Below, one piece after another: positions 1 to 8,487 of a stretch of DNA of 64,000 nucleotides. The notes under the pieces are model-generated. The model was not told the DNA's origin and did not search any database. It saw nothing but the letters and a program-made list of their open reading frames with translations. Made by a program: the position numbers and the translations under genes. The stretch is from Nitrososphaeria archaeon (GTDB taxonomy: Archaea > Thermoproteota > Nitrososphaeria > Geothermarchaeales > JDFR-13): assembly GCA_027078545.1 (NCBI GenBank), contig JALWXN010000004.1, positions 704,001 through 768,000 on the forward strand, written 5' to 3'. Position 1 is the first letter of the stretch. Each line of letters begins with the position of its first letter.

Positions 1-309
1 AGAGTATCAGGAATCTAATTCCCATCCCTCATCCTTTTTACCATCTTTGGATGAGCGGTTAGCCGTAGTTCAATGCTAGAGACGGCCTGTTCAGCAAATA
101 TGACAATATATGGATAGATATCGTCAATACCATGCTTTCCAAATTAGGAGATCGAGGATAAGATTGCTTAGGGGTAAATACATAGATTGGTCTTTTGGGG
201 TAATGTCTCCCATAGTGTTTATAAATAAAACATGCTTATTGATACATCCTAACATGTAGTAACAAGGTGTTAAAACTTATTAGGTCTTAATAGAGATATT
301 ATTTTTGAA

Positions 310-1110
310 ATGGTAGTTAAAGGGCACAATAGGAATATCAAGCTGAAAATATTGTCACTGGTGACGATCCCAATGCTGTTACAGGTGCAGCTGATCCCGT
401 TGGTATGGCCGCCCGCTTGGTACCCCCGTAGCGATATCATTGGAGGATTGGCGATTGGAATCTACCTGTACTATGATAGAACAATGGAAGAGTATCCGAC
501 TTCTATATGTACAGTAGGATATGCGGCTATAAAGGACGGAGTTGAAGGATATGTAACCGCGGGACATTGTTTCGACGGTGTTACGGGCTATTTCAATCCA
601 CCAAATATGTGGTGGTGGAAAGTCTACCAACCACCTAATGGATCAAACATCCGCTACGTCGGTTCACCATCCCATGTATATGGGGACGCAGACTATATCG
701 ATACAGGGTTCGTCCCCTATAGCAATGTAAAGCCATTAGTGCTAACCCTAGATGCTCTTGGTAATCCGTTTATGGCACCAGTGAAGAGAATGATCCCATG
801 GTTTGAGATCACTAGGGGTATGGAAGTCTATAAGACTGGATCCATCTCGGGGGTTACCTACGGCGAAGTTGATAACAAATACATCACCTTCTTAAGGGTT
901 AAATGGGTTGTAAAGATAGTAGGTGAACCGTCGACTGGTGGCGATAGTGGCGGTCCAGTATATGTTAAGAAACCAGTAAGAATCGATTGGTTCTGGACAT
1001 ATGAGATCCACTTAGTCTCAATCGTCTCTGGTGGCACTCCATTTTCGACATACACAATATCAGTCCATGGAATTTTCCTTGAAACTAACATTCAGCCCAT
1101 TAGGTGGTGA
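310..1110 (+). CDS. Secreted chymotrypsin-like (S1, alpha-lytic/streptogrisin-like) serine protease
   Basis: TAGHC (catalytic His), DYIDTG (Asp) and GGDSGGP (catalytic Ser); IIGG mature-type N-terminus after a hydrophobic leader. Confidence 0.85.
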   Translation: MVVKGHNRNIKLKILSLVTIPMLLQVQLIPLVWPPAWYPRSDIIGGLAIGIYLYYDRTMEEYPTSICTVGYAAIKDGVEGYVTAGHCFDGVTGYFNPPNMWWWKVYQPPNGSNIRYVGSPSHVYGDADYIDTGFVPYSNVKPLVLTLDALGNPFMAPVKRMIPWFEITRGMEVYKTGSISGVTYGEVDNKYITFLRVKWVVKIVGEPSTGGDSGGPVYVKKPVRIDWFWTYEIHLVSIVSGGTPFSTYTISVHGIFLETNIQPIRW

Positions 1111-2138
1111 GGTGTATGATCGCGGCGAGGGTGGGCATAATAGTGTTATGTCTAATTCTAGTAGGGTCTCTGGTGGTTACTGACGCTAAGCCCAGCGGTG
1201 TCAGCTATCAAACAATAATTATCAACTCGCGTTATGAGGTGACTAGGGTTCATATGCCCTTCGAGTACGTGGATGATATGCTTGTTTACAATGAGCTGAT
1301 GTTAGATGCATATGTATTGGTCAATGCCAGTATAGCTAATAAAAGTCAGCATAAGCCTTTCCTAAGGTTGATCGAGGAGGATCCGATTTTCTATGGGTTA
1401 CTAAAGGACAAATTCATGCAGGAGAGAATAGTCTTGTTCCCTAACATGAATGTGTTCTGGGTAACTCTTGACAGCTTCTACGCTGAAGTGATGAATGCGG
1501 ATGAGGATGAGGCTCTGGAAGAGGTTTTGAGGCTAGCTGGCTATCTATGGTCTCTGCTCCGCTCTAATAAGATTCATGTAGATAGGGTTAGGGTGTACTA
1601 TCTTCAGATACCGTTGGATCCGTACATACCTAGTGAGATGGAGATGTACTATGCGGATAAGTACTTCGGGTTGATGGACAACGGCTCTATACCCGAGTAC
1701 GTCTTTATGTTCGGCTTCCTATATGGGCGTGATGCCATGATACCTCAGTTCGGTGGCTGGCTTAGCTGTAAGTTTGACGACACCAAGGTGTTGTATACCC
1801 GTCAGGAGGTCCTGTCGGGTATCCGCTCCCTGGCGGATAGGATGTTTGGTGAGGGATCCCCAATAGTTGTGATCATCACATCAGAGTGCCCCGAGATAGC
1901 GCCATTACCAGCTAGATTAAATGACGTTCAGGGGATGGATACTCAGGTCACCCCCAATACCACTCCTGGTGATGGTAATACCGAGCCTATAGCCAGGGAT
2001 GGTAGGGATGTTGAGCGTGTGGATACGGGTCTTGAGGTTGGCGGGGTCGATGAGAGCTATCTACTATCCTTCCTGGCCGCTGTGGCTATAGTGTTGCTAA
2101 CCACTTTCGTGCTCCTGGGTAAGAGGCTTGGTGGCTAG
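1104..2138 (+). CDS. Hypothetical cell-surface protein with signal peptide and C-terminal TM anchor
   Basis: Hydrophobic N-terminus, T/P/D/G linker, C-terminal TM followed by KR; overlaps the protease stop codon. Confidence 0.6.
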   Translation: MVRCMIAARVGIIVLCLILVGSLVVTDAKPSGVSYQTIIINSRYEVTRVHMPFEYVDDMLVYNELMLDAYVLVNASIANKSQHKPFLRLIEEDPIFYGLLKDKFMQERIVLFPNMNVFWVTLDSFYAEVMNADEDEALEEVLRLAGYLWSLLRSNKIHVDRVRVYYLQIPLDPYIPSEMEMYYADKYFGLMDNGSIPEYVFMFGFLYGRDAMIPQFGGWLSCKFDDTKVLYTRQEVLSGIRSLADRMFGEGSPIVVIITSECPEIAPLPARLNDVQGMDTQVTPNTTPGDGNTEPIARDGRDVERVDTGLEVGGVDESYLLSFLAAVAIVLLTTFVLLGKRLGG

Positions 2139-2560
2139 GGTTTCTGTACTACCCCCTCCCCCTCTTTATCTCCTCCCCTCTCGGTGAATAGGTTCTTAGC
2201 CTCCTCGGTGGATAGTAGATAGATTATCCCCAGGTTTATCACTATGAGTATGAAGCCTTGGGGGAGGAAGAGGGTAGCGACTATCCCAGCAGTTGCCGCC
2301 AGGGCGATGGCTATGTATCTCCCCCACCACCTCCTGAGTATTAGCCCTACCCCCGCGGCAACGGAGAGGCTGTTTATGAAGAGGATTATTATGATGTCGA
2401 GTAGGTAGAGGAGGGGCTGGTCCCTCTCCACTGGGAGGCCGGGCATCCTAGAGCCGGTTATGAGTGAGTATGCCAGGACACCTAGGTTTGCGGCTCCCCA
2501 TACTAGGTAGACCACGCCTAGACCCTGTATAACCGTCTTCAACGCCATGCTACTCCCCAC
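2135..2560 (-). CDS. Small 4-TM membrane protein
   Basis: Four hydrophobic segments, GLILRRWWG; resembles the adjacent gene. Confidence 0.65.
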   Translation of the reverse strand: MGSSMALKTVIQGLGVVYLVWGAANLGVLAYSLITGSRMPGLPVERDQPLLYLLDIIIILFINSLSVAAGVGLILRRWWGRYIAIALAATAGIVATLFLPQGFILIVINLGIIYLLSTEEAKNLFTERGGDKEGEGVVQKP

Positions 2561-2975
2561 CCATCGTCACATCCTCACCAGGCTCCTCCAGGAGGTTGAA
2601 GAACCTCTTCACCCCTGGGCTGGCGAGGTATGCAAGGGGTATTAGGAGGAGGCCTGCAAATACTATGTTGCCTATACTGAATATACTTGTGAAGAGTATG
2701 TTGAGTATCCCCGTGAGTATGAGTAGGACCTCCCCATACCAGGACCATATCCTCCCGTGGTAGAGGCCATAGCTCATCATGAATCCCAGGCCCGAGAGGA
2801 TCATGATCGTGGTGGATATGTATAGGACCTGTACAAGCCCAACTTCACCGTTATCTACCATCGTTATGGGGAGGAGTAGGGTTGTTATGGCGGTGAAGAA
2901 TAGTAGGGTGGAGAAGGCTATCTGTATGAGTGACAGGACCACTATGCCTGTTGGCCTCTCGACGCCCCTGTCCAT
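2550..2975 (-). CDS. Small 4-TM membrane protein (RPTG N-terminal type)
   Basis: RPTGIVVL start, GLYHGRIWSW, YL..PGVKRFF; overlaps the downstream paralog. Confidence 0.65.
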   Translation of the reverse strand: MDRGVERPTGIVVLSLIQIAFSTLLFFTAITTLLLPITMVDNGEVGLVQVLYISTTIMILSGLGFMMSYGLYHGRIWSWYGEVLLILTGILNILFTSIFSIGNIVFAGLLLIPLAYLASPGVKRFFNLLEEPGEDVTMGGE

Positions 2976-3016
2976 GACAAGATGTATATCATGGCGAGTA
3001 GGTATAATAGTGTGGC

Positions 3017-3487
3017 ATGGAGGGGCTGGGGGATAGGTACGACGCCTCTGTCGAGGCCTATGAGAAGCTCTACTCGGGTATAAACACTAGGAAGTATATG
3101 GTCCTCCTAGACAGGCTGGGTGATGGCGACCTACTCGAGATAGGTATTGGGACTGGCTACCACTGCGGACTTATCGGGGGCTACGGGGTAGGCGTGGATA
3201 TAAGCCTCGAGAGTCTTAGGAGGGCGTCGGGGAGATGTGGAAACCTTGATCTTATCTATGGCGATGTTAGGCATGGCTTCCTCAGGCCCGGATTCAGGAG
3301 GGGCTTAGCAGTGTCGACATGCCACCACATCGGGCTAGATAAATGTATCGAGATACTGGGCAGGCTTACCGAGAGATGGGCGGCTGGGCTCCTAGCAAAA
3401 CTGGTTAGTGATGACCTCCTCCAGATGCTTAGCGAGGACTATGAGGTTGTGAGGCTCTGGGACGAGGTATTCATACTAGGGCCCTAG
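3017..3487 (+). CDS. Class I SAM-dependent methyltransferase (short)
   Basis: Motif I LLEIGIGTG, then VGVDIS and LIYGD. Confidence 0.75.
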   Translation: MEGLGDRYDASVEAYEKLYSGINTRKYMVLLDRLGDGDLLEIGIGTGYHCGLIGGYGVGVDISLESLRRASGRCGNLDLIYGDVRHGFLRPGFRRGLAVSTCHHIGLDKCIEILGRLTERWAAGLLAKLVSDDLLQMLSEDYEVVRLWDEVFILGP

Positions 3488-3555
3488 TGGGATCCCAATT
3501 GGAGTCACTCCTCATCCCATGAAGGGTCAGAACCCTTTAGCGGTCATCTCCCACT
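3486..3555 (-). ncRNA. C/D-box methylation guide sRNA (16S 958-region guide)
   Basis: Minus strand: box C GAGATGA, guide CCGCTAAAGGGTT, D' CTGA, small hairpin, C' ATGAGGA, guide GTGACTCCAATT, degenerate D GGGA; 7-bp terminal stem AGTGGGA/TCCCACT. TGACTCCAATT is complementary to archaeal 16S AAUUGGAGUCA. Confidence 0.65.
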
Positions 3556-3618
3556 CAAATAGGATTGGCTAGAGAGAAAATTATCCCGTTTTAACCCTGG
3601 AGGGTGGAATGTATTCTT

Positions 3619-3683
3619 GGCGATGATATAGGATCAACCGGCTGACCCCCAAGGGGGATGAAGAGTTTTACCCATGTTGAGCC
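3619..3683 (+). ncRNA. C/D-box methylation guide sRNA (16S 5'-end guide)
   Basis: Box C GCGATGA (3620-3626), guide AGGATCAACCGG (3630-3641) complementary to 16S CCGGUUGAUCCU, D' CTGA (3642-3645), CCCCC-AA-GGGGG hairpin, C' ATGAAGA, guide GTTTTACCCATG, D TTGA (3677-3680); TTTTAA TATA-like box about 30 nt upstream. Confidence 0.75.
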
Positions 3684-3738
3684 TTCAAGCAGATGGGATG
3701 AACCCTTTATTCCCGACCCCGGCTAATCACCTATATAC

Positions 3739-6210
3739 ATGGTCGTAGAGGCCTATCGAAAGGTGGGTAGGGGGTTCACCTTCCCCGGCTATGAAGCGAG
3801 GTTCACCCCTAGGCCCGGCTACCTACTCACACATGCATCGATAGAGGTGTGGATCAAGCCTGTGGAGAAGACCCTTGAGGGCGTGGTGGAGTATAAGATC
3901 TCCTCGGGTGAGAGGGCTAGGAGGATCGAGCTCGACGCCTCGGAGATGGAGATCCTGGAGGTCCTGGTTGATGGGGAGCCGGTAGAGTTTAGATATACCG
4001 GTGAGAAGCTGGTAATACCCTTTACACCCCCTCTTACAAGGAGGATTAGGAGCCTCGTCGTCAGGTATCGGGTTGTGGATCCCAGGTATGGCCTCTACTT
4101 CATAGAGGACCCGCCTATGGTATATACCCAGGGGGAGACGATATGGACTAGCTACTGGCTCCCCACCTATAGGGAGCCTAACATGAGGATCTCCTTCGAC
4201 ATGACTATCCACGCACCAGCCGAGTGGAGGGCCTTCTCAAACGGCGTCCTAGTCTCGGCCGAGAGGGTTGGGGGCGAGTCTATATGGAGATACAGCTTCA
4301 GCTACCCAGTCCCGACCTACCTCATAGCCTTCGCGGCGGGCCGCTTCACCGTTGAGAGGGAGGATTATAGGGGTATCCAGCTCGAGTATATAGTGGCTGA
4401 GGGTGAGGAGGCCAAGATAGAGCCTACCTTCAGGATGACCCGGGACATGATGAGGTTCTTCGAGGAGTGGCTCGGGGTACAGTATCCCTACCCGGTCTAT
4501 AGACAGGTCATGGTTAGGGACTTCGTCGTGGGTGGTATGGAGAACGTATCGATAACTATCCTTAATGACGCCACACTCATGGATGAGCATTCCAAGAAGG
4601 ACTTCAGGGTCGAGGATCTCCTGAGCCATGAGCTTGCCCACCAGTGGTTCGGAGACCTAGTCACGTGTAGGGACTGGAGCCATATATGGATAAACGAGGG
4701 CTTCGCCACCTTCCTCAACCTACTGTATATCAGGCACTGGCTCGGGATGGATGAATACATATATAGCCTCTTAGGAGTCATGGATAGGTACCTCGAGGAG
4801 ACGAGGAGGTATACAAGGCCGACTGTATATAGGGTGTATAGATATCCCGAGGAGCTCTTCGACAGGCACGTCTATGAACGGGGAGCCCTGATCCTAAACA
4901 TGCTGATGAACCTACTGGGGGAGGAGGTCTTCAGGAAGGCTGTTAAGAAGTTCCTCAACCGTTACCGCTTCCAGAACGTGGATACTGAGGATCTCAGGAA
5001 GACTTTTGAGGAGGTCTCCGGCGAGGATCTCGACTGGTTCTTCGAGACATTCGTCTACAACGCGGGGCATATGGAGCTGGAGGTCTCTGTGGAGCCCCTG
5101 GAGGATCAGCAGGCTGTCAGGATAGACATATCACAGAGGCAGGGTGTGGATATGCCGGAGGTCTATAAAGTGCCTATCGAGGTGGAGGTTGTCGGGGATG
5201 GCTGGAGCATAAGGAGGACATACAGGCTTGAGAAGAGGGATGAGCGGATAATAATGCCTGTTAGGAAGGGCTTCAAATATGTACTGGTGGATCCGGACTT
5301 CAAGTTGATGGCTAGGATCAGGCCTAAGTATCCCCTCGACATGCTGGGTGAGATACTCCTCGGCTCCAAGAGCACTTATTGGAGGCTCCTAGCCGCGAGG
5401 GCACTAGGGGAGAAGAAGGGGAAGAGGGTGGTCGACCTACTCGTAGAGGCGATAAGGAGGAGCGGCTTCTATGGTGTAGCCAAGGAGGCGGCGGTATCAC
5501 TCGGCCTCGAAGGCTCGGACTATGCGAAGAAGATGCTTAGGGAGCTGCTTGGGGAGGATCTACACCCCAGGGTGAGGGCCGCCCTAGTAAGATCCCTAGG
5601 AGGCTATAGGGACGAGGGTGATGCCCAGCTATTCATTGACATCCTTAGGGATCCCGGTGAGCCCTACGGGGTCAGGGCGGAGGCTGCCCAGGCCCTCGGC
5701 AAGACAAGGTATAGAGGGGGTATAGATGTGCTTAGATCCATACTTAATGAGTGGAGCTATGCATATGTTGTCCAGAGATATGCACTCAGAGGCCTAGCGG
5801 AGTATGACGATGACGAGGCCTTCCAGGAGATACTTAGGAGATCGAGGCCCGGGAACCCCCTACCGATAAGGGTGGAGGCTATTACACAGCTGGGCAGGTA
5901 TCCGGAGAGGAAGGAGGTCTACAGGGCTCTTGACGAGTATGCCTCGGACAGGCATGAGCGGGTCAGGAGGGCCGTGGTAGCCGCGGCTAGGCAGCTGATG
6001 AATAGGCGGGCATTACCCATTATTGAGAAGATACTTAGGGACGAGGCCAACGGGTTCATAGCCAAGGCATGCCTCCTGGCAAGGAGAGAGGTTGAGGAGG
6101 CCCTGGAGAAGGGTGAGGAGTATAAGAGGCTTATAAAGAAGCTGGAGGAGATCGAGAGCCGCTGGAGAGACATATACAGTAGGATCGAGGTGCTCGACAT
6201 CCATGGATAG
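3739..6210 (+). CDS. M1 family aminopeptidase with C-terminal HEAT repeats
   Basis: GGMEN exopeptidase motif, HELAHQWFG...WINEG (HExxH-x18-E), HEAT-like helical repeats and coiled-coil tail. Confidence 0.93.
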   Translation: MVVEAYRKVGRGFTFPGYEARFTPRPGYLLTHASIEVWIKPVEKTLEGVVEYKISSGERARRIELDASEMEILEVLVDGEPVEFRYTGEKLVIPFTPPLTRRIRSLVVRYRVVDPRYGLYFIEDPPMVYTQGETIWTSYWLPTYREPNMRISFDMTIHAPAEWRAFSNGVLVSAERVGGESIWRYSFSYPVPTYLIAFAAGRFTVEREDYRGIQLEYIVAEGEEAKIEPTFRMTRDMMRFFEEWLGVQYPYPVYRQVMVRDFVVGGMENVSITILNDATLMDEHSKKDFRVEDLLSHELAHQWFGDLVTCRDWSHIWINEGFATFLNLLYIRHWLGMDEYIYSLLGVMDRYLEETRRYTRPTVYRVYRYPEELFDRHVYERGALILNMLMNLLGEEVFRKAVKKFLNRYRFQNVDTEDLRKTFEEVSGEDLDWFFETFVYNAGHMELEVSVEPLEDQQAVRIDISQRQGVDMPEVYKVPIEVEVVGDGWSIRRTYRLEKRDERIIMPVRKGFKYVLVDPDFKLMARIRPKYPLDMLGEILLGSKSTYWRLLAARALGEKKGKRVVDLLVEAIRRSGFYGVAKEAAVSLGLEGSDYAKKMLRELLGEDLHPRVRAALVRSLGGYRDEGDAQLFIDILRDPGEPYGVRAEAAQALGKTRYRGGIDVLRSILNEWSYAYVVQRYALRGLAEYDDDEAFQEILRRSRPGNPLPIRVEAITQLGRYPERKEVYRALDEYASDRHERVRRAVVAAARQLMNRRALPIIEKILRDEANGFIAKACLLARREVEEALEKGEEYKRLIKKLEEIESRWRDIYSRIEVLDIHG

Positions 6211-6230
6211 CATAGAGAAGCGCTATATCG

Positions 6231-6275
6231 CCGATTTCAATACTTAATTATAAGTAGGTCGTATATACGAATCGG
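6231..6275. promoter_or_regulatory. Nested palindromes upstream of the surface-fibre operon
   Basis: TACTTAATTATAAGTA (6241-6256, near-palindrome) and TCGTATATACGA (6259-6270, perfect), flanked by CCGATT/AATCGG. Confidence 0.4.
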
Positions 6276-6309
6276 TATATTGGCCTAATAACATAATTTA
6301 TATTTTTCA

Positions 6310-6870
6310 ATGAGGACGAGTAGAGCCATCATACTTTTGGCGCTGTTGACGCTCTTAGCACTGGTAGGTACTGCGGTCTTCGTCTACCTACCAGTGAACG
6401 TCACCATCAATTCCGTAGGCCCACCAGTGATATTCCAGGCCGGTTCCAACGCTGGTGGAACTGATCTGGGCGGCAACACAATTCAAGTGACACTTGGGCC
6501 AAACTCGTCTAGTGCAACGATAGTTCTCCACCCAACGTATCAGAAGACATATTACCACGATATACTCCAGGTCTCTAACCCATCTCCCCCGGCTGGTGAC
6601 AACTACTACATAGGTATAAAGGTAGTATCACCCCTCACTGGAGCCGCCTTCTCATCAGCCGTTGCTAGGGTCTACGACTCTGCGAACAACCTCTTATTCA
6701 CAGCGGACCTGAAGACAGCTGGTACATATGGCTGGGCCACGCTTCTCCCAGATGGCCAGACATTCAGGATAGATATAGAGATAGTTATTACTGAGGGTGT
6801 CCCACTACCCAGCGGGTCGGTGACGTTCGAGCTAGTCTACAGCCCGCAGAGCGTGACGCCGCCACCGTAG
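6310..6870 (+). CDS. Secreted beta-rich protein, candidate major subunit of a SipW-processed fibre (TasA/bundling-pilin-like)
   Basis: Signal peptide ending VGTA, beta-strand-rich, no TM anchor, N-glycosylation sequons, clustered with a signal peptidase. Confidence 0.6.
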   Translation: MRTSRAIILLALLTLLALVGTAVFVYLPVNVTINSVGPPVIFQAGSNAGGTDLGGNTIQVTLGPNSSSATIVLHPTYQKTYYHDILQVSNPSPPAGDNYYIGIKVVSPLTGAAFSSAVARVYDSANNLLFTADLKTAGTYGWATLLPDGQTFRIDIEIVITEGVPLPSGSVTFELVYSPQSVTPPP

Positions 6871-6875
6871 TAGCG

Positions 6876-8084
6876 ATGCTCTCCAGGATAGTGGCTATAC
6901 CCCTCATACCAATACTTTTTTTCATACCATATGTCCTGGGTGCAGAGTTTAGCTACTATCCTACATCCCTCACCCTTAATTCCGTCTCTCCCCCCATATC
7001 ACTGTATGATCCTGGGGTGTCGGGGGTAACGGTCTCCCTAGGGCCTAACTCGACTAGTGCCTCTATAACTGTTAAGGCTAGCGCACAGCCCTTCGATATA
7101 GTGGCTAATAGCGACTTTATAGGGCCTAGCCCCTGGCTATTCATCCCAGGCACGGACCTGATTAGTGCCACGGTTCTCCCGAGCTACTTAGGTAGGGTGG
7201 GTGTTGCTAATGTCTCTGGATCAGGTTCTCTCTTCACGGGATATACGGACTCGGCGTTCCTCTATCAGCAGATTACTTGGCCGACGACGCCTATCCTATT
7301 CGCCAATGTATATCTCGAGGCCTGTGTAGAGTATGCAGTGACCTCGGGCTTCTCAATACTTCTCCTCGACGCCACCGTATTCGTGGTTGATGCCAATACG
7401 TTGGCCGTGGTAGACTCGATAACCTTCATCCTAGACGTAGGATCATCATCCACCTGTACATGGAACACCTATACTGGTGGCCTGAACGTGGGTGCTTATA
7501 CCCCTGGTGGGACGTACTACTTCCTTATCAGGTATAGGGTGCAGAGCCTCTTTACACTCTTCGGTGGCTCGTACTATGCCAGGTTCTATACCGATCTGGC
7601 GAACATCACGGTTGCACCGGCTAACCCCACCTTCCTAGGTATATTCCTACTTGCCAATGCGTCTACAGGTATTTATAACGCCTCGCTGAGCCTCGTATCA
7701 GCCAGCTTCACCGGCACCGTGGATGCCAATATATGGCTGAGGAACAATACGGTCCAGGTCCAGTCCAGCTCGATCACTATATCGGCCTCCACGATAGTCA
7801 CCAGCCAGACATCAGAGCTCATCGTTACAACGGTTCCACCTGGATATTATAGTCTCGAGATGTGGCTGGACACCACGATCTCGCCTGGTGCCTCGGCCAC
7901 CCTAAACCTGGTCCTCAAGTATAGGATTCAGGACGGTGTTTATGTCGAGTACCCCATCCTGCTCAATATTGTTGACCCTCCCGATAGGGGTGGCCAGCCT
8001 AGTGAACCCCCTGATAAGATCTTCAAGATCTTATCTATTGATCCGCCCCCATATATTGAGTTCTTGAGGAGCTATGATCCGTAG
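6876..8084 (+). CDS. Secreted beta-rich protein, candidate minor or adhesin subunit of the same fibre
   Basis: Signal peptide; mature N-terminus FSYYPTSLTLNSVSPP...VSLGPNSTSASI matches the preceding gene; many N-x-S/T sequons. Confidence 0.6.
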   Translation: MLSRIVAIPLIPILFFIPYVLGAEFSYYPTSLTLNSVSPPISLYDPGVSGVTVSLGPNSTSASITVKASAQPFDIVANSDFIGPSPWLFIPGTDLISATVLPSYLGRVGVANVSGSGSLFTGYTDSAFLYQQITWPTTPILFANVYLEACVEYAVTSGFSILLLDATVFVVDANTLAVVDSITFILDVGSSSTCTWNTYTGGLNVGAYTPGGTYYFLIRYRVQSLFTLFGGSYYARFYTDLANITVAPANPTFLGIFLLANASTGIYNASLSLVSASFTGTVDANIWLRNNTVQVQSSSITISASTIVTSQTSELIVTTVPPGYYSLEMWLDTTISPGASATLNLVLKYRIQDGVYVEYPILLNIVDPPDRGGQPSEPPDKIFKILSIDPPPYIEFLRSYDP

Positions 8085-8487
8085 GCCGGGGCCCACGACA
8101 CTTATCGTACTAGTATTCGCCATACTGGTTCTCGGACGCTTCGTGGGTAGCCCGGTTGCAGCTGTGGTGATTGTTGGGCCCTCTATGGAGCCTACCCTGA
8201 ACGTGGGTGACCTGGTCATTCTCCGCTGGGCCGATCCGGAGGTTGGGGATATAGTCCTCTGGTGTAACACCCTGATGAACTGTGTTCTACACCGTGTTGT
8301 TGAGGTGGGCAAGGACTATATAGTTACGAGGGGAGACGCCAACGACATCAATGACCCTCCCGTCCTGAGGGAGCAGGTTAGATATGAGGCCCTACTATCG
8401 ATACCCAGGTATCTATGGATACCCGGCCTAGCCATACTGGTTATAGGTGCACATCTATATGAGAAGAGGAAGGAGGGGGGCGATTAA
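8074..8487 (+). CDS. Signal peptidase I, archaeal/SipW (Ser-His) type
   Basis: GPSMEPTLNVGDLVI, VLHRVV and TRGDAN..D motifs; N- and C-terminal TMs. Confidence 0.9.
   Translation: MIRRPGPTTLIVLVFAILVLGRFVGSPVAAVVIVGPSMEPTLNVGDLVILRWADPEVGDIVLWCNTLMNCVLHRVVEVGKDYIVTRGDANDINDPPVLREQVRYEALLSIPRYLWIPGLAILVIGAHLYEKRKEGGD

Noticed and set aside
1-309. Frameshifted 5' extension of the S1 protease
   Set aside because: The upstream frames I checked contain stops and no pro-domain-like sequence was recognisable
3663-3683. Resemblance of the reverse complement to the eukaryotic 18S GACUCAACACGGG region
   Set aside because: Several mismatches, overlaps the box elements and does not fit the archaeal consensus; probably chance
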